Source: an uncultured Nitrospirota bacterium
GTDB lineage: Bacteria > Nitrospirota > Nitrospiria > SBBL01 > SBBT01
Reading direction: 5' to 3'
DNA length: 41,915 nt
NCBI GenBank assembly: GCA_964423845.1
Contig: CAYRGU010000130.1
Coordinates: 1-41,915 of the forward strand
In this document: one piece after another, positions 18,873 to 28,600 of the stretch
How the letters are laid out: each line of letters begins with the position of its first letter
How positions within the stretch are numbered: position 1 is the stretch's first letter
Made by a program: the position numbers and the translations under genes
The notes under the pieces: generated by a model
Told to the model about the DNA's origin: nothing
Seen by the model: only the letters and a program-made list of their open reading frames with translations
Database searches by the model: none

Positions 18873-19700
18873 ATGGGGTGGTTTAAAAAAAGCCCCGAGG
18901 GAGAGGAAAAAAAGGAAAAAAACAGGGAGGTCTTGTGGGTTAAGTGCAACAACTGCCGGGGGATTATTTATCGCAAGGAGTTAGAAAGAAACACGAAGGT
19001 TTGCCCAAAGTGTGATTACCATTTCCAGATTCCTGTCAGTGAACGCATTGCGCTGATCGCCGATGAGGGGAGTTTCTCGGAGTCGGATCGGTTGCTGACC
19101 TCCCTCGATCCCCTCGGTTTTAAGGACACTGCACGTTATAAGGACCGTCTTAAACAGAATCAGGAAAAGACGGAATCGTGTGACGCCCTGGTCATTGGTG
19201 AGGCGAAGGTCAATCACCGGCCTGTTGTCCTGGGTGTTTTTAATTTCGCGTTTATGGCCGGGAGCATGGGGTCGGTCGTTGGAGAAAAGCTGACCCGTGG
19301 CATTGAGCGAGCCCGGGAGAATAAATTTCCATTGATTCTTTTCTCTGCGTCTGGCGGCGCCCGGATGCAGGAGGGGATTCTCTCGTTGATGCAGATGGCC
19401 AAGACCAGTGCTGCGGTCGCCCGGTTGCAGGCCGACAAGGTTGCTTATATTTCGGTGCTCACCGATCCTACGTTTGGCGGGGTGACCGCAAGTTTTGCGA
19501 TGTTGGGAGATGTGATTATCGCGGAACCAAAGTCCCTGATCGGTTTTGCGGGTCCCCGCGTGATTGAAAAAACAATTAAACAACAGCTCCCGGAAGGGTT
19601 TCAGCGGGCCGAATTTCTGCTGAGTCATGGAATGATCGACATGATTGTGGAACGTAAACACCTTCGGAATACCCTCATCCGTCTCCTTTCCTTCTTATAA
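18873..19700 (+). CDS. accD: Acetyl-CoA carboxylase carboxyltransferase beta subunit
   Basis: 275 aa. It has the N-terminal zinc ribbon CNNC...CPKCDYHF, then FAFMAGSMGSVVGEK and SASGGARMQEG. The ATG directly follows the ahcY stop. Confidence 0.93.
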   Translation: MGWFKKSPEGEEKKEKNREVLWVKCNNCRGIIYRKELERNTKVCPKCDYHFQIPVSERIALIADEGSFSESDRLLTSLDPLGFKDTARYKDRLKQNQEKTESCDALVIGEAKVNHRPVVLGVFNFAFMAGSMGSVVGEKLTRGIERARENKFPLILFSASGGARMQEGILSLMQMAKTSAAVARLQADKVAYISVLTDPTFGGVTASFAMLGDVIIAEPKSLIGFAGPRVIEKTIKQQLPEGFQRAEFLLSHGMIDMIVERKHLRNTLIRLLSFL

Positions 19701-19808
19701 TTTCCCGGTTTAACGCGACGAAGCCGCACCCCCTTCCTGGCCTTCTCTTAAATTGACACAAAAAGGTCGCCATGCTACCCTTTGCCCCCTTTTTAGCAGG
19801 CTAAAAGC

Positions 19809-21422
19809 GTGATTTTCCCTTCCTATGATCTTTTTTGCAAGAAGGCTGGCGAGGGGAACCTCATCCCGGTCTATCGCGAGATGATCGCGGACACAGAGAC
19901 CCCTGTCTCCGCGTTCCTGAAAATCAGGGGCAGCGCTTATGCCTATCTTTTGGAAAGCGTAGAAGGGGGGGAGAAATGGGGCCGAAATTCTTTTCTGGGC
20001 ACGGATCCGCTCCTTGTGATCCGGGGCTATGGTCATTCCGTCGAGGTGATTAAAAATGGGACGACCTCCGTCATCCCTTCGAAGAATCCCCTGAATGTTT
20101 TGAGGGGGATCCTCTCTGAATTTAAACCGGTCCCTCTCGATGGCCTCCCTCGGTTCTTTGGCGGGGCGGTTGGCACCATGGGATATGGCGCCGCCCGCTT
20201 TTTTGAACAGGTTGAATCAAAAAGAAGTGATCCCGCCGCCTTACAGTTTATTTTCCTTCTGGCTGAAACCCTGCTTGTTTTTGATAATGTGGCGCATCGG
20301 ATAAAAATTATTTCCAATACCTTGATCCAGGATTCAAACCTCAAGCCTGATTCAGATCTTCAGGAAACTTACCTGAAGGCTGTAGAAAAAATTAATCAGG
20401 TGGTGCACCGGCTGGAGCAGCCCGATACTTCTGGGTTCAGTCAAATGTGCGATGAGTGGGAGGCGGCCCCTACGCGGGGTGCGGCCCCTACGACGGGTGC
20501 GGCCCCTGCGAGGGGTGCGGCCCTTGCGAGGGGTGCGACCCTTGCGAAGGGTGCGGCCCCTGCCACGCCTTCTGCGAAACGTGCCCCCCCCCAGTCCAAT
20601 GTCTCGCGGGAGGCGTTTAAAGAAAAGGTGCGGATTGCGCAGGACTATATCAAGGCGGGGGATATTTTCCAGGTCCAGCTTTCCCAACGTTTTTCGACCA
20701 CACTGACGTGCGATCCCTTCCTGGTCTATCGGGCCCTTCGGAGTATTAATCCGTCCCCCTACATGTACTATCTTCAATTTGAGTCGCTCCGGCTGGTGGG
20801 AACCTCTCCGGAGGTGCTGGTCCGGTTAGAGGAACGGGAGGTCACGATGCGTCCGATTGCCGGAACGCGCCGCCGTGGCGAGAGTCCAGAGGAAGATCTG
20901 AAAATGGCGTCTGATCTTTTGTCCGATCCCAAGGAGTTGGCGGAACATATCATGCTCGTGGATCTCGGACGAAACGATCTGGGTCGCGTCTGCGAGTATG
21001 GAACCGTCAAGGTCAACGCGCTGATGGTGATCGAGCGGTATTCTCACGTCATGCATATTGTTTCGAATCTGGTGGGCCGACTGCAGAACGGAAAGGATGC
21101 GTTTGATTTGCTGAAAGCCGCTTTTCCCGCTGGGACGGTCACCGGGTCTCCCAAGATTCGGGCCATGCAGATTATCGAGGAGTTGGAACCTTCCGACCGG
21201 GGATTTTATGCGGGGATGGTTGGCTATTTTAGTTTTCAGGGAAATCTGGATACCTGTATTACCATCCGGACCATTATTATTGACGGCGACTGTGCCACCA
21301 TTCAGGCGGCTGCGGGGATTGTGGCGGATTCAGACCCGGATCTGGAGTATGAAGAGACGGTGAATAAAGCCCGCGCGATGTTGATGGCAATTGAACTTGC
21401 GGAGCGGTGGACGAGACGATGA
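19809..21422 (+). CDS. trpE: Anthranilate synthase component I, carrying an in-frame repeat insertion
   Basis: 537 aa with a GTG start. [33 protein letters not shown] and [11 protein letters not shown] are typical of TrpE. Residues about 219-252, [34 protein letters not shown], are encoded by the 18-nt repeat. Confidence 0.93.
   Translation: MIFPSYDLFCKKAGEGNLIPVYREMIADTETPVSAFLKIRGSAYAYLLESVEGGEKWGRNSFLGTDPLLVIRGYGHSVEVIKNGTTSVIPSKNPLNVLRGILSEFKPVPLDGLPRFFGGAVGTMGYGAARFFEQVESKRSDPAALQFIFLLAETLLVFDNVAHRIKIISNTLIQDSNLKPDSDLQETYLKAVEKINQVVHRLEQPDTSGFSQMCDEWEAAPTRGAAPTTGAAPARGAALARGATLAKGAAPATPSAKRAPPQSNVSREAFKEKVRIAQDYIKAGDIFQVQLSQRFSTTLTCDPFLVYRALRSINPSPYMYYLQFESLRLVGTSPEVLVRLEEREVTMRPIAGTRRRGESPEEDLKMASDLLSDPKELAEHIMLVDLGRNDLGRVCEYGTVKVNALMVIERYSHVMHIVSNLVGRLQNGKDAFDLLKAAFPAGTVTGSPKIRAMQIIEELEPSDRGFYAGMVGYFSFQGNLDTCITIRTIIIDGDCATIQAAAGIVADSDPDLEYEETVNKARAMLMAIELAERWTRR
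20463..20564 (+). repeat. 18-nt tandem palindromic repeat, about 5.7 copies, in frame inside trpE
   Basis: Units: GCGGCCCCTACGCGGGGT / GCGGCCCCTACGACGGGT / GCGGCCCCTGCGAGGGGT / GCGGCCCTTGCGAGGGGT / GCGACCCTTGCGAAGGGT / GCGGCCCCTGCC. In the best-conserved units CCCCT and AGGGG form an inverted repeat. Confidence 0.85.
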
Positions 21423-22012
21423 TCCTGGTGATTGATAACTACGATTCCTTTGTCTACAACCTCGTTCAATATCTGGGTGAGCTGGGGGAGAAGATCGCCG
21501 TTTATCGGAATGATAAGATAACGCTGAAGGAGATCGAAGCGTTGAACCCGGACAAAATTCTTATTTCGCCTGGCCCCTGCACCCCCAAAGAAGCCGGCAT
21601 TTCGATTGAGCTGATCCGTGAGTTTGGGGGCCGTGTCCCGATTTTGGGGGTTTGTCTTGGACATCAGGCGATTGGGGAGGCGTATGGTGGCGAGGTGGTG
21701 CGCGCGCCGCGATTGATGCATGGAAAGACCTCGATGATTATTCACGATGGGCGGACGATTTATCGGGATCTCCCCAATCCGTTTGAGGCGACCCGATATC
21801 ACTCATTGATCGTGCGGAAGGAAAGCCTTCCGGAAGCGCTTACGGTCACGGCGTGGACGAAGGAGGACGAGATCATGGGGATTCGCCATAAACATGACCC
21901 TGTTGAAGGGGTTCAGTTTCATCCGGAGTCTATTTTGACGACGGTGGGAAAAGATCTTTTACGAAATTTCCTGGCAGTGCGGCCTGGTCACAGGAAGGAA
22001 TATCATGATTAA
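21419..22012 (+). CDS. trpG: Anthranilate synthase component II (glutamine amidotransferase)
   Basis: [32 protein letters not shown] (catalytic Cys) and FHPES. The ATG at 21419 overlaps the trpE TGA (ATGA). The track ORF begins at an upstream in-frame GTG (21407). Confidence 0.93.
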   Translation: MILVIDNYDSFVYNLVQYLGELGEKIAVYRNDKITLKEIEALNPDKILISPGPCTPKEAGISIELIREFGGRVPILGVCLGHQAIGEAYGGEVVRAPRLMHGKTSMIIHDGRTIYRDLPNPFEATRYHSLIVRKESLPEALTVTAWTKEDEIMGIRHKHDPVEGVQFHPESILTTVGKDLLRNFLAVRPGHRKEYHD

Positions 22013-23015
22013 AGAGGCGATCTCAAAATTAGTAGAGCGGATGGACTTAACGGAATCCGAGGCGGAAGGGGTGATGCGTGAGATCATGGAAGGGGCGGCG
22101 ACCTCATCGCAGATTTCCGCGTATATGACCGCCTTAAGGATGAAGGGAGAGGGGGTCCCGGAGATTACGGGTTCGGCCCGGGTGATGCGCGAAAAGGCGA
22201 TTCGCATTCGGGTGGAAGATCCGAGGGTGGTGGATACCTGCGGCACGGGCGGGGACAAACGACAGACGTTTAATATTTCAACAACGGTGGCGTTCGTGGT
22301 GGCTGGCTGCGGCGTGACGGTGGCCAAACATGGCAATCGCTCCGTCTCGAGCTCCTGTGGCAGCGCGGATGTGCTGAAGGCTTTGGGCGTAAAAATTGAT
22401 CTGGCGCCCGATCGGGTTGAGGCGTGTATTAACGACATTGGGGTTGGTTTTATTTTTGCGCCGCTCTTTCACGGTGCGATGAAACATGCGGCGATCCCGC
22501 GTCAGGAGGCCGGTATCCGGACGATTTTTAATATCCTGGGACCGCTGACCAACCCGGCCGGGGCGGCCATTCAGCTTCTGGGGGTGTTTTCGCCCGACTT
22601 AACCGATCTTTTGGCGCAGGTTTTGATGAATCTGGGGTCCACCCACTGTTTCATTGTGCATGGGATGGATGGGTTAGATGAGATTACGATTGCCGGCGCG
22701 AGCCGCATCGCCGAGGGGAAGGAGGGGCACGTCGCCTCCTATCACCTGGAGCCGAAAAACTTCGATGTCCCAGAGGGGGCCCTCTCCGATCTTTTGGGGG
22801 GGGACGCAACGATGAATGCGGGGATTTTGGCGTCTATTTTAAGGGGTGAGATGGGGCCGCGCCGAAATGTGGTCCTGATTAACGCGGCCCCCGCGCTGGT
22901 GGCGGCGGGTCGGGCCAGGACCCTTCAGGAAGGGGTTGTCCTGGCGGCGGAGTCGATTGATTCGGGCCGGGCCTTGGGACGGCTGGAGGCGCTGTGTGAT
23001 TTCACCAGTCGGTAG
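22005..23015 (+). CDS. trpD: Anthranilate phosphoribosyltransferase
   Basis: 336 aa. [28 protein letters not shown] and [10 protein letters not shown] motifs. It overlaps trpG by 8 nt. Confidence 0.94.
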   Translation: MIKEAISKLVERMDLTESEAEGVMREIMEGAATSSQISAYMTALRMKGEGVPEITGSARVMREKAIRIRVEDPRVVDTCGTGGDKRQTFNISTTVAFVVAGCGVTVAKHGNRSVSSSCGSADVLKALGVKIDLAPDRVEACINDIGVGFIFAPLFHGAMKHAAIPRQEAGIRTIFNILGPLTNPAGAAIQLLGVFSPDLTDLLAQVLMNLGSTHCFIVHGMDGLDEITIAGASRIAEGKEGHVASYHLEPKNFDVPEGALSDLLGGDATMNAGILASILRGEMGPRRNVVLINAAPALVAAGRARTLQEGVVLAAESIDSGRALGRLEALCDFTSR

Positions 23016-23021
23016 GGGGTA

Positions 23022-23801
23022 ATGGCGCTGCTGGATGAAATTGCCCGCGTGACCCGGGAGAAGGTCGCGCAAAAAAAAGGGGCTGCGGCCCTTTCTCGTC
23101 TGCGATCTAAAATTACCGATCGGGCCCCCACACGGGGTTTTTTGGCTGCCCTCTCGTCGGAAGGGGGAGGACTCCGCCTGATTGCGGAGATTAAAAAGGC
23201 CTCTCCGTCCAAGGGGATGCTTCGGGCCTCTTTCGATCCCGTCGAGATCGCAAAAATTTATGAAAAAGGGGGGGCCTCGGCCCTTTCCGTTTTGACGGAA
23301 GAGCGGTATTTTCTGGGGGCCCTCTCCTCCCTGGACGCGGTCTCCTCGTCGGTCTCTCTGCCGATCTTACAGAAAGATTTTATCCTGGATGAATTTCAGT
23401 TGTATGAGGCGCGGGCCCTGGGGGCGGATGCGGTCCTCCTGATCGTGGCGCTTTTGGGGCTGTCCCAACTGTCCGATTATTATCATCTGGCGCGTGAGCT
23501 CTCCCTGGATGTCCTGGTGGAGGTGCACGACGAAGCTGAACTGGAGAAGGTGATTGCGTGGGCGCCACTCATCGGGGTTAACAATCGGAATCTTCGTGAT
23601 TTTTGCACAGATCTTGCCACCACGTTCCGTCTGATCAAAACCATCCCGGACGATCGGACCGTGGTCAGCGAAAGCGGTATCCATTCACGAGAACAGATGG
23701 CACAATTACAGGCCTGTGGCGTGGATGCCGTCCTGGTGGGGGAGTCGCTCATGAGATCGGAGAAGATCGAAGAGAAAATCAAAGCGCTTTTAGGAAAATG
23801 A
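23022..23801 (+). CDS. trpC: Indole-3-glycerol phosphate synthase
   Basis: 259 aa. IAEIKKASPSKG, LSVLTEERYF, LQKDFI and VGVNNRNLRDF motifs. Confidence 0.93.
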   Translation: MALLDEIARVTREKVAQKKGAAALSRLRSKITDRAPTRGFLAALSSEGGGLRLIAEIKKASPSKGMLRASFDPVEIAKIYEKGGASALSVLTEERYFLGALSSLDAVSSSVSLPILQKDFILDEFQLYEARALGADAVLLIVALLGLSQLSDYYHLARELSLDVLVEVHDEAELEKVIAWAPLIGVNNRNLRDFCTDLATTFRLIKTIPDDRTVVSESGIHSREQMAQLQACGVDAVLVGESLMRSEKIEEKIKALLGK

Positions 23802-24421
23802 AGATTAAAATTTGCGGGATGACGAATCTTGCCGATGCCTTGTCTGCCGTGGAGAGCGGCGCCGATGCCTTGGGGTTTGTTTTGGCGCCGGAGAGTCCGC
23901 GATCTGTCTCGGTGAGGACGGTTCAAAATATTATTCGTGGCGTCCCGCCCTTTGTGACGACGGTCGCGGTGGTGACGGGAGGCACGGAGAATGACTTGCG
24001 AGGGCTTGTGGAAGAGGCCGGGGTGGATCTGATTCAATTTCATTTCGCGCATGCGGGGCCCCTGATCGCAAGCCTTTCCTCCCGGGCCATTCAAGTGATT
24101 CGGGTCCGGGATGAGAAAACCTTCGAGACGGTTTCCTGGGAGCCCGCTCGCGCATACCTTCTGGACAGTTTTCATGGAGAGGTTGCCGGGGGAAGCGGCG
24201 TCCCGTTTAATTGGGGTCTGGCCCTTCGGGCGAAAACGCACGGGAGGGTGATCCTTGCTGGCGGGCTGACGCCGGAGAATGTGCAAACGGCGATTGAGAC
24301 GGTGGGTCCTTATGCCGTGGATGTCTGTAGTGGTGTGGAGGCCTCCCCTGGCAAAAAAGACCCTGTGAAACTTGCGGCCTTTATCCGTGCGGCGAAGGGG
24401 GCGGATGCGGCTTCCCGATAA
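23798..24421 (+). CDS. trpF: Phosphoribosylanthranilate isomerase
   Basis: [28 protein letters not shown]... with a C-terminal DVCSGVE. The ATG at 23798 overlaps the trpC TGA (ATGA). The track ORF 23603..24421 is an upstream extension. Confidence 0.9.
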   Translation: MKIKICGMTNLADALSAVESGADALGFVLAPESPRSVSVRTVQNIIRGVPPFVTTVAVVTGGTENDLRGLVEEAGVDLIQFHFAHAGPLIASLSSRAIQVIRVRDEKTFETVSWEPARAYLLDSFHGEVAGGSGVPFNWGLALRAKTHGRVILAGGLTPENVQTAIETVGPYAVDVCSGVEASPGKKDPVKLAAFIRAAKGADAASR

Positions 24422-25601
24422 GGTGGGGCGTTTTGGCCGCTATGGTGGCCGGTATGTTCCCGAGACCCTCATGCCCGCCCTCTTTGCCTTGGAGTCGGCC
24501 TATCAATCGGCGAAGCGGGAGGCCCCGTTTCGGAAACGGCTGGCTTCTGAATTGACCCAGTATGTGGGACGTCCGACGCCGCTGTATTATGCCGAGCGGT
24601 TGTCAAAGCATCTGGGCCGCGCCAAAATTTACTTAAAACGTGAAGATCTCTGTCATACTGGCGCGCATAAAATTAACAACACGATAGGGCAGGCGCTTTT
24701 GGCCCTGAAAATGGGCAAGTCGCGGGTGATTGCCGAGACGGGTGCGGGACAGCATGGCGTGGCGGTGGCCACGGTGGCGGCCCGCTTCGGCCTTTCCTGT
24801 GAGATTTACATGGGGGTGGAGGATATGCGTCGCCAGTCCCTCAACGTGGCCCGGATGGTCTTTCTGGGGGCGAAGGTCACAGGCGTGACGGCCGGAAGCC
24901 AGACCCTGAAAGATGCGATTAACGAGGCGATGCGCGACTGGACCGCCCATGTTCGTGACACGCATTACATCCTCGGCTCGGTCCTGGGGCCGCATCCCTA
25001 TCCGATGATGATTCGGGACTTTCAGTCGGTGATTGGGCGTGAGGCGAAGCGTCAGATCGTTCAGCTTGAGGGGCGGCTCCCGGATCTTCTGGTGGCCTGT
25101 GTGGGGGGGGGAAGTAACGCGATGGGGTTATTTTATCCCTTTCTCTCCTCTCCGTCGGTTCGGATGGTGGGGGTGGAAGCGGGAGGTCTGGGTGTTGAGA
25201 CCGGACGACATGCGGCCCGGTTTTCCGGGGGTTCCGTAGGGGTCCTGCATGGAACCATGACGATGTTGCTTCAGGACCCCCATGGACAGATCCAGGCGAC
25301 CCATTCCATCTCTGCGGGACTTGATTATCCGGCGGTGGGACCAGAGCATAGCTTTTATCACGATAAAAAGCGGATTGATTACGTTGCGGTGACCGATGAC
25401 GCGGCCCTTGCGGGGTTTCATCTCCTCTCAAAGTTAGAGGGGATTATCCCGGCGCTGGAGTCTGCGCATGCGATTGCTTACCTGCTAAAGTCTCCTCACC
25501 TGTTGCGGAAGGGGAGTCAAATTATTGTCAATCTCTCCGGTCGGGGAGACAAGGATCTAAATCAGCTCATGGAGATGGCAGAAGCGAGGGGTGTCATGTA
25601 G
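24405..25601 (+). CDS. trpB: Tryptophan synthase beta chain
   Basis: [17 protein letters not shown], the PLP lysine block [24 protein letters not shown] and GGGSNAMG. I prefer the ATG at 24405 ([11 protein letters not shown]). The track ORF starts at 24372. Confidence 0.95.
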   Translation: MRLPDKVGRFGRYGGRYVPETLMPALFALESAYQSAKREAPFRKRLASELTQYVGRPTPLYYAERLSKHLGRAKIYLKREDLCHTGAHKINNTIGQALLALKMGKSRVIAETGAGQHGVAVATVAARFGLSCEIYMGVEDMRRQSLNVARMVFLGAKVTGVTAGSQTLKDAINEAMRDWTAHVRDTHYILGSVLGPHPYPMMIRDFQSVIGREAKRQIVQLEGRLPDLLVACVGGGSNAMGLFYPFLSSPSVRMVGVEAGGLGVETGRHAARFSGGSVGVLHGTMTMLLQDPHGQIQATHSISAGLDYPAVGPEHSFYHDKKRIDYVAVTDDAALAGFHLLSKLEGIIPALESAHAIAYLLKSPHLLRKGSQIIVNLSGRGDKDLNQLMEMAEARGVM

Positions 25602-25656
25602 AATGGAATCAGGATTGTTTGTGTCGCAGGCGGTATAAAATCCCAGGGAGGGGAGC

Positions 25657-26937
25657 ATGAATCGTAAGCCGAATTCTAAAGATCAATCAGCAAGTCAACC
25701 AGCAAGTCAACCAGCCCCGCCGAAGAAAATTATTTCAACGCCAGAAAAGCAGGTCAGGCTTTTAAAGTCGATGGCGGAGATCGGGACCCTTTTAAATTCA
25801 ACATTGGATGAGCAGGAGGTGAGAAAACGGGCGGTGGAGGCGGCCACTCGTTTAACCGACACGGATGTCGGTTCGCTGCTTTTAATCGATCCGAAGACAA
25901 AAGAGCTTTATTTCGAGGTGGCCCTGGGTGAAAAGGGGGCGCGTATTCGTGAGGTGCGTCTCAAGCCGGGGGAGGGGATTGCCGGGATGGTGGCGGAGAC
26001 GGGCGAGGCCCAAATTGTTCACAATGTTCAGATTCATCCCAAGTTTTTTAAGTTTGCCGATGAGCGGAGCGGGTTTGTCACGCGCAACATGATCTGCGTG
26101 CCGGTGGAATATCGGGGTAAACGGACCGGGGTGATTCAGGTAATCAATAAAAGAAAAGGGAAGTTCAGCCAGGAAGATTTAAACAGCCTGAAGATGCTTT
26201 CTGATCATGTGGCGATCGCCATTGAGAATGCCCTGCTCTATAAAGAGCTCTCGGACACCTTCTTGAGCACGGCGGCCGCGCTGGGGGATGCCATTGAGGC
26301 GAAGGATGCCTATACGGCGGGACATACACGGCGCGTGATGGAATATAGTCTGGTTGTGGGACGGCGATTGGCGGTGGATAAAAATACCTTGGAAAACCTT
26401 AAACTGGCTGCGGTTCTGCACGATATCGGAAAAATTGGGATTGAGGATCGAATCCTTCAGAAGTGTGGGCGTCTGGATCCGGACGAATCGATGGTGATGC
26501 AGGGGCACACGGTGATTGGGGCCCGAATTGTGGATCATATTCCCCCGCTGAAAGAGATTATCCCAGGGATTCGGAATCATCATGAAAAATATAATGGCAC
26601 CGGCTATCCCGACCAACTCAAGGGGAAAGGGATCCCAACGATCGCGCGGATTATCTCGGTCTGCGATACCTTTGACGCCATGACGACGGATCGGCCTTAT
26701 CGAAAGGGGTTGACTCCGGGGATCGCGTTGAAGGAATTACGGAAATGTGCGAAGACCCAGTTTGATCCCAAAGTGGTGGAGGCCTTTATCGCCGCCTTCA
26801 TTGATGGGGATATCGAGCCAATCTTCTACCGGTATAAAATTCCCGTTCCGGTTGCCGTTTCCCCTGCGACGGTTTCAGCCAGCGCCGTCGCCCCCAGAGA
26901 AGTTTCCAAAAAGGCCCGCAAGAAGGCGATGCCGTGA
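25657..26937 (+). CDS. GAF domain + HD-GYP domain protein (predicted cyclic-di-nucleotide phosphodiesterase)
   Basis: 426 aa. The GAF-like block is GSLLLIDPKTKELYFEVALG...GIAGMVAETGE...RNMICVPV. The HD-GYP block is AGHTRRV...LHDIGKIGI...HHEKYNGTGYPDQLKG...CDTFDAMTTDRPYRK. The stop overlaps the trpA GTG (GTGA at 26934-26937). Confidence 0.88.
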   Translation: MNRKPNSKDQSASQPASQPAPPKKIISTPEKQVRLLKSMAEIGTLLNSTLDEQEVRKRAVEAATRLTDTDVGSLLLIDPKTKELYFEVALGEKGARIREVRLKPGEGIAGMVAETGEAQIVHNVQIHPKFFKFADERSGFVTRNMICVPVEYRGKRTGVIQVINKRKGKFSQEDLNSLKMLSDHVAIAIENALLYKELSDTFLSTAAALGDAIEAKDAYTAGHTRRVMEYSLVVGRRLAVDKNTLENLKLAAVLHDIGKIGIEDRILQKCGRLDPDESMVMQGHTVIGARIVDHIPPLKEIIPGIRNHHEKYNGTGYPDQLKGKGIPTIARIISVCDTFDAMTTDRPYRKGLTPGIALKELRKCAKTQFDPKVVEAFIAAFIDGDIEPIFYRYKIPVPVAVSPATVSASAVAPREVSKKARKKAMP

Positions 26938-27731
26938 GCCGAATCCCGGCCGTTTTCCATCGTCTTGCGCTGCGGAAAGAAAAGGCCCTGATTGCCTATC
27001 TGATGGCGGGAGATCCGACACTCTCTCAAACCGCTGACATGGTCCTTGCGATGGAGAAGGCAGGGGCCGACTTGATTGAGCTTGGCGTTCCATTTTCCGA
27101 TCCGGTGGCGGATGGCCCGGTGATCGCGCGGGCTGCCAGCCGTGCCCTGGCGCAAGGGGTTTCTCTGCAAGATGTCCTGGGGCTTGTGGCGCGGCTGCGC
27201 CGTCAAAGCCAGATCCCGCTGATTTTGATGACCTACGTGAATCCCGTTTATGCCGTGGGCTTGGTGCCATTTTTTCGCGAGGCGCAAGCGGTGGGTGTGG
27301 ATGGGATCATCATTCCGGATCTGCCCATTGAAGAGGCGTCGGAGTTTGTCGCGCTTTCCCGATGCCACGACATTGATCTTGTCTTTCTGGTAACCCCCAC
27401 CACGGAGGCATTACGGATTCAAAAAATTGTGAAGTCGGGATCGGGCTTTATCTACTACGTCTCGCTGACCGGTATTACCGGAGCCCCATTGATCGAAAAA
27501 AAAGGACTGCGCGGCCAAATCCGTAAAATTAAGTCAAAGACCGACTTGCCGGTGGCAGTTGGATTTGGCATCGCAACGCCGGATGAGGCGCGAGAGGTTG
27601 CGCGCGACGCGGAGGGGGTCATCGTGGGCAGCGCGCTGGTGAAGATCATCGAAACGGCGCAGGAAAACCCCGCGTTTGTTGAGGCCCTTACCGCAGCCGT
27701 CTCCTCATTTAAAAAAGCAATTTCCGCATAG
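26934..27731 (+). CDS. trpA: Tryptophan synthase alpha chain
   Basis: 265 aa with a GTG start. ALIAYLMAGDP, IELGVPFSDPVADGPVI and YYVSLTGITG motifs. Confidence 0.93.
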   Translation: MSRIPAVFHRLALRKEKALIAYLMAGDPTLSQTADMVLAMEKAGADLIELGVPFSDPVADGPVIARAASRALAQGVSLQDVLGLVARLRRQSQIPLILMTYVNPVYAVGLVPFFREAQAVGVDGIIIPDLPIEEASEFVALSRCHDIDLVFLVTPTTEALRIQKIVKSGSGFIYYVSLTGITGAPLIEKKGLRGQIRKIKSKTDLPVAVGFGIATPDEAREVARDAEGVIVGSALVKIIETAQENPAFVEALTAAVSSFKKAISA

Positions 27732-27832
27732 CGGCTTCAAAAGATTCCCTGCCTTGTAAAGTTTCTTGCAAATTTTTTAATGTTGGTATAGCTTGGGACA
27801 GTTTTTCATGTCGATCCGAGAGGGAGAGTGCT

Positions 27833-28576
27833 ATGGACAGAAGCAGGATAAGGGGAATGGGGGGGCTTGTTGTACTGGTTCTTTTCTTTGGCGGGTGTGG
27901 GGACGGCAATCTTTTTAAGAGCCTCGCCGAGAACGAGTCGCCCGAGTCTCTCAAAGAGGCGGCCTCGATCGCCTTAAATAATGGGGATTATTCGTTGGCC
28001 ATTTCCACGCTTCAGGGGCTCTGTGGCACGACTGCGAGTGCGTCCACCTGTGACAGCGCCACCAGCGCCGATCTTGCCTCCGCCTACATGGGGCGGGCCG
28101 GCATCAACGCGACGCTGATCAATAAGGTGGCGGAGTCTGCGAGTTCAACGACAATCAGTAGCTTTACGTCGTTTTCCTCGATTCTTCCCGCGCCCACGGC
28201 AGCCAATCAAGCGGATCTCCATGCCGCAGTTTCTCTCTTGTCGAATATTCCGAATCCGACGCCGGATCAGAGTCTCCAATTGGCGGTGACGGCCGCTTCT
28301 GATCTCGTTGTCACGCTGGGGGTGCTGACAAGCGGTTTTAATTCGGCGGGTGTGCCCACGACGCTTCCGACGGTCGCGGCACTCGTTCCCGTTCTTGACA
28401 CGGTCGTGAATGATTTGGCCCAGATTTCCGCCGGGGTTTCCGGGTCGGGCCTGGTGAGTAGTAGTCAAGTGAACACGATCAATCAGATTAGCGCGAGTCT
28501 TAACAGCCAGAGTGGTACTACAACCGATGCGATTACCGCTTCGGATCTCCTAAGCTATTTGAACAGCATTCGATAG
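27833..28576 (+). CDS. Putative lipoprotein, Ala/Ser/Thr-rich, unknown function
   Basis: 247 aa. The signal peptide with a lipobox-like LVLFFGGC is followed by low-complexity A/S/T-rich sequence. I recognise no catalytic motif. Confidence 0.6.
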   Translation: MDRSRIRGMGGLVVLVLFFGGCGDGNLFKSLAENESPESLKEAASIALNNGDYSLAISTLQGLCGTTASASTCDSATSADLASAYMGRAGINATLINKVAESASSTTISSFTSFSSILPAPTAANQADLHAAVSLLSNIPNPTPDQSLQLAVTAASDLVVTLGVLTSGFNSAGVPTTLPTVAALVPVLDTVVNDLAQISAGVSGSGLVSSSQVNTINQISASLNSQSGTTTDAITASDLLSYLNSIR

Positions 28577-28600
28577 ATTCTCAAAATACTTTCAAAGAGG

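Noticed and set aside
20463-20564. Possible CRISPR array, suggested by the regularly spaced GC-rich palindromic 18-nt units (also at 36615-36802).
   Set aside because: The units are directly contiguous with no spacers and are far shorter than CRISPR repeats. They lie in frame inside the conserved enzymes trpE and pgl, and no cas genes are in the window.
25688-25711. 12-bp tandem duplication CAGCAAGTCAAC x2, encoding SQPASQPA, at the N-terminus of the GAF/HD-GYP protein.
   Set aside because: It is a single duplication in a disordered N-terminal tail, with no sequence relation to the 18-nt repeat family. It is probably trivial slippage.
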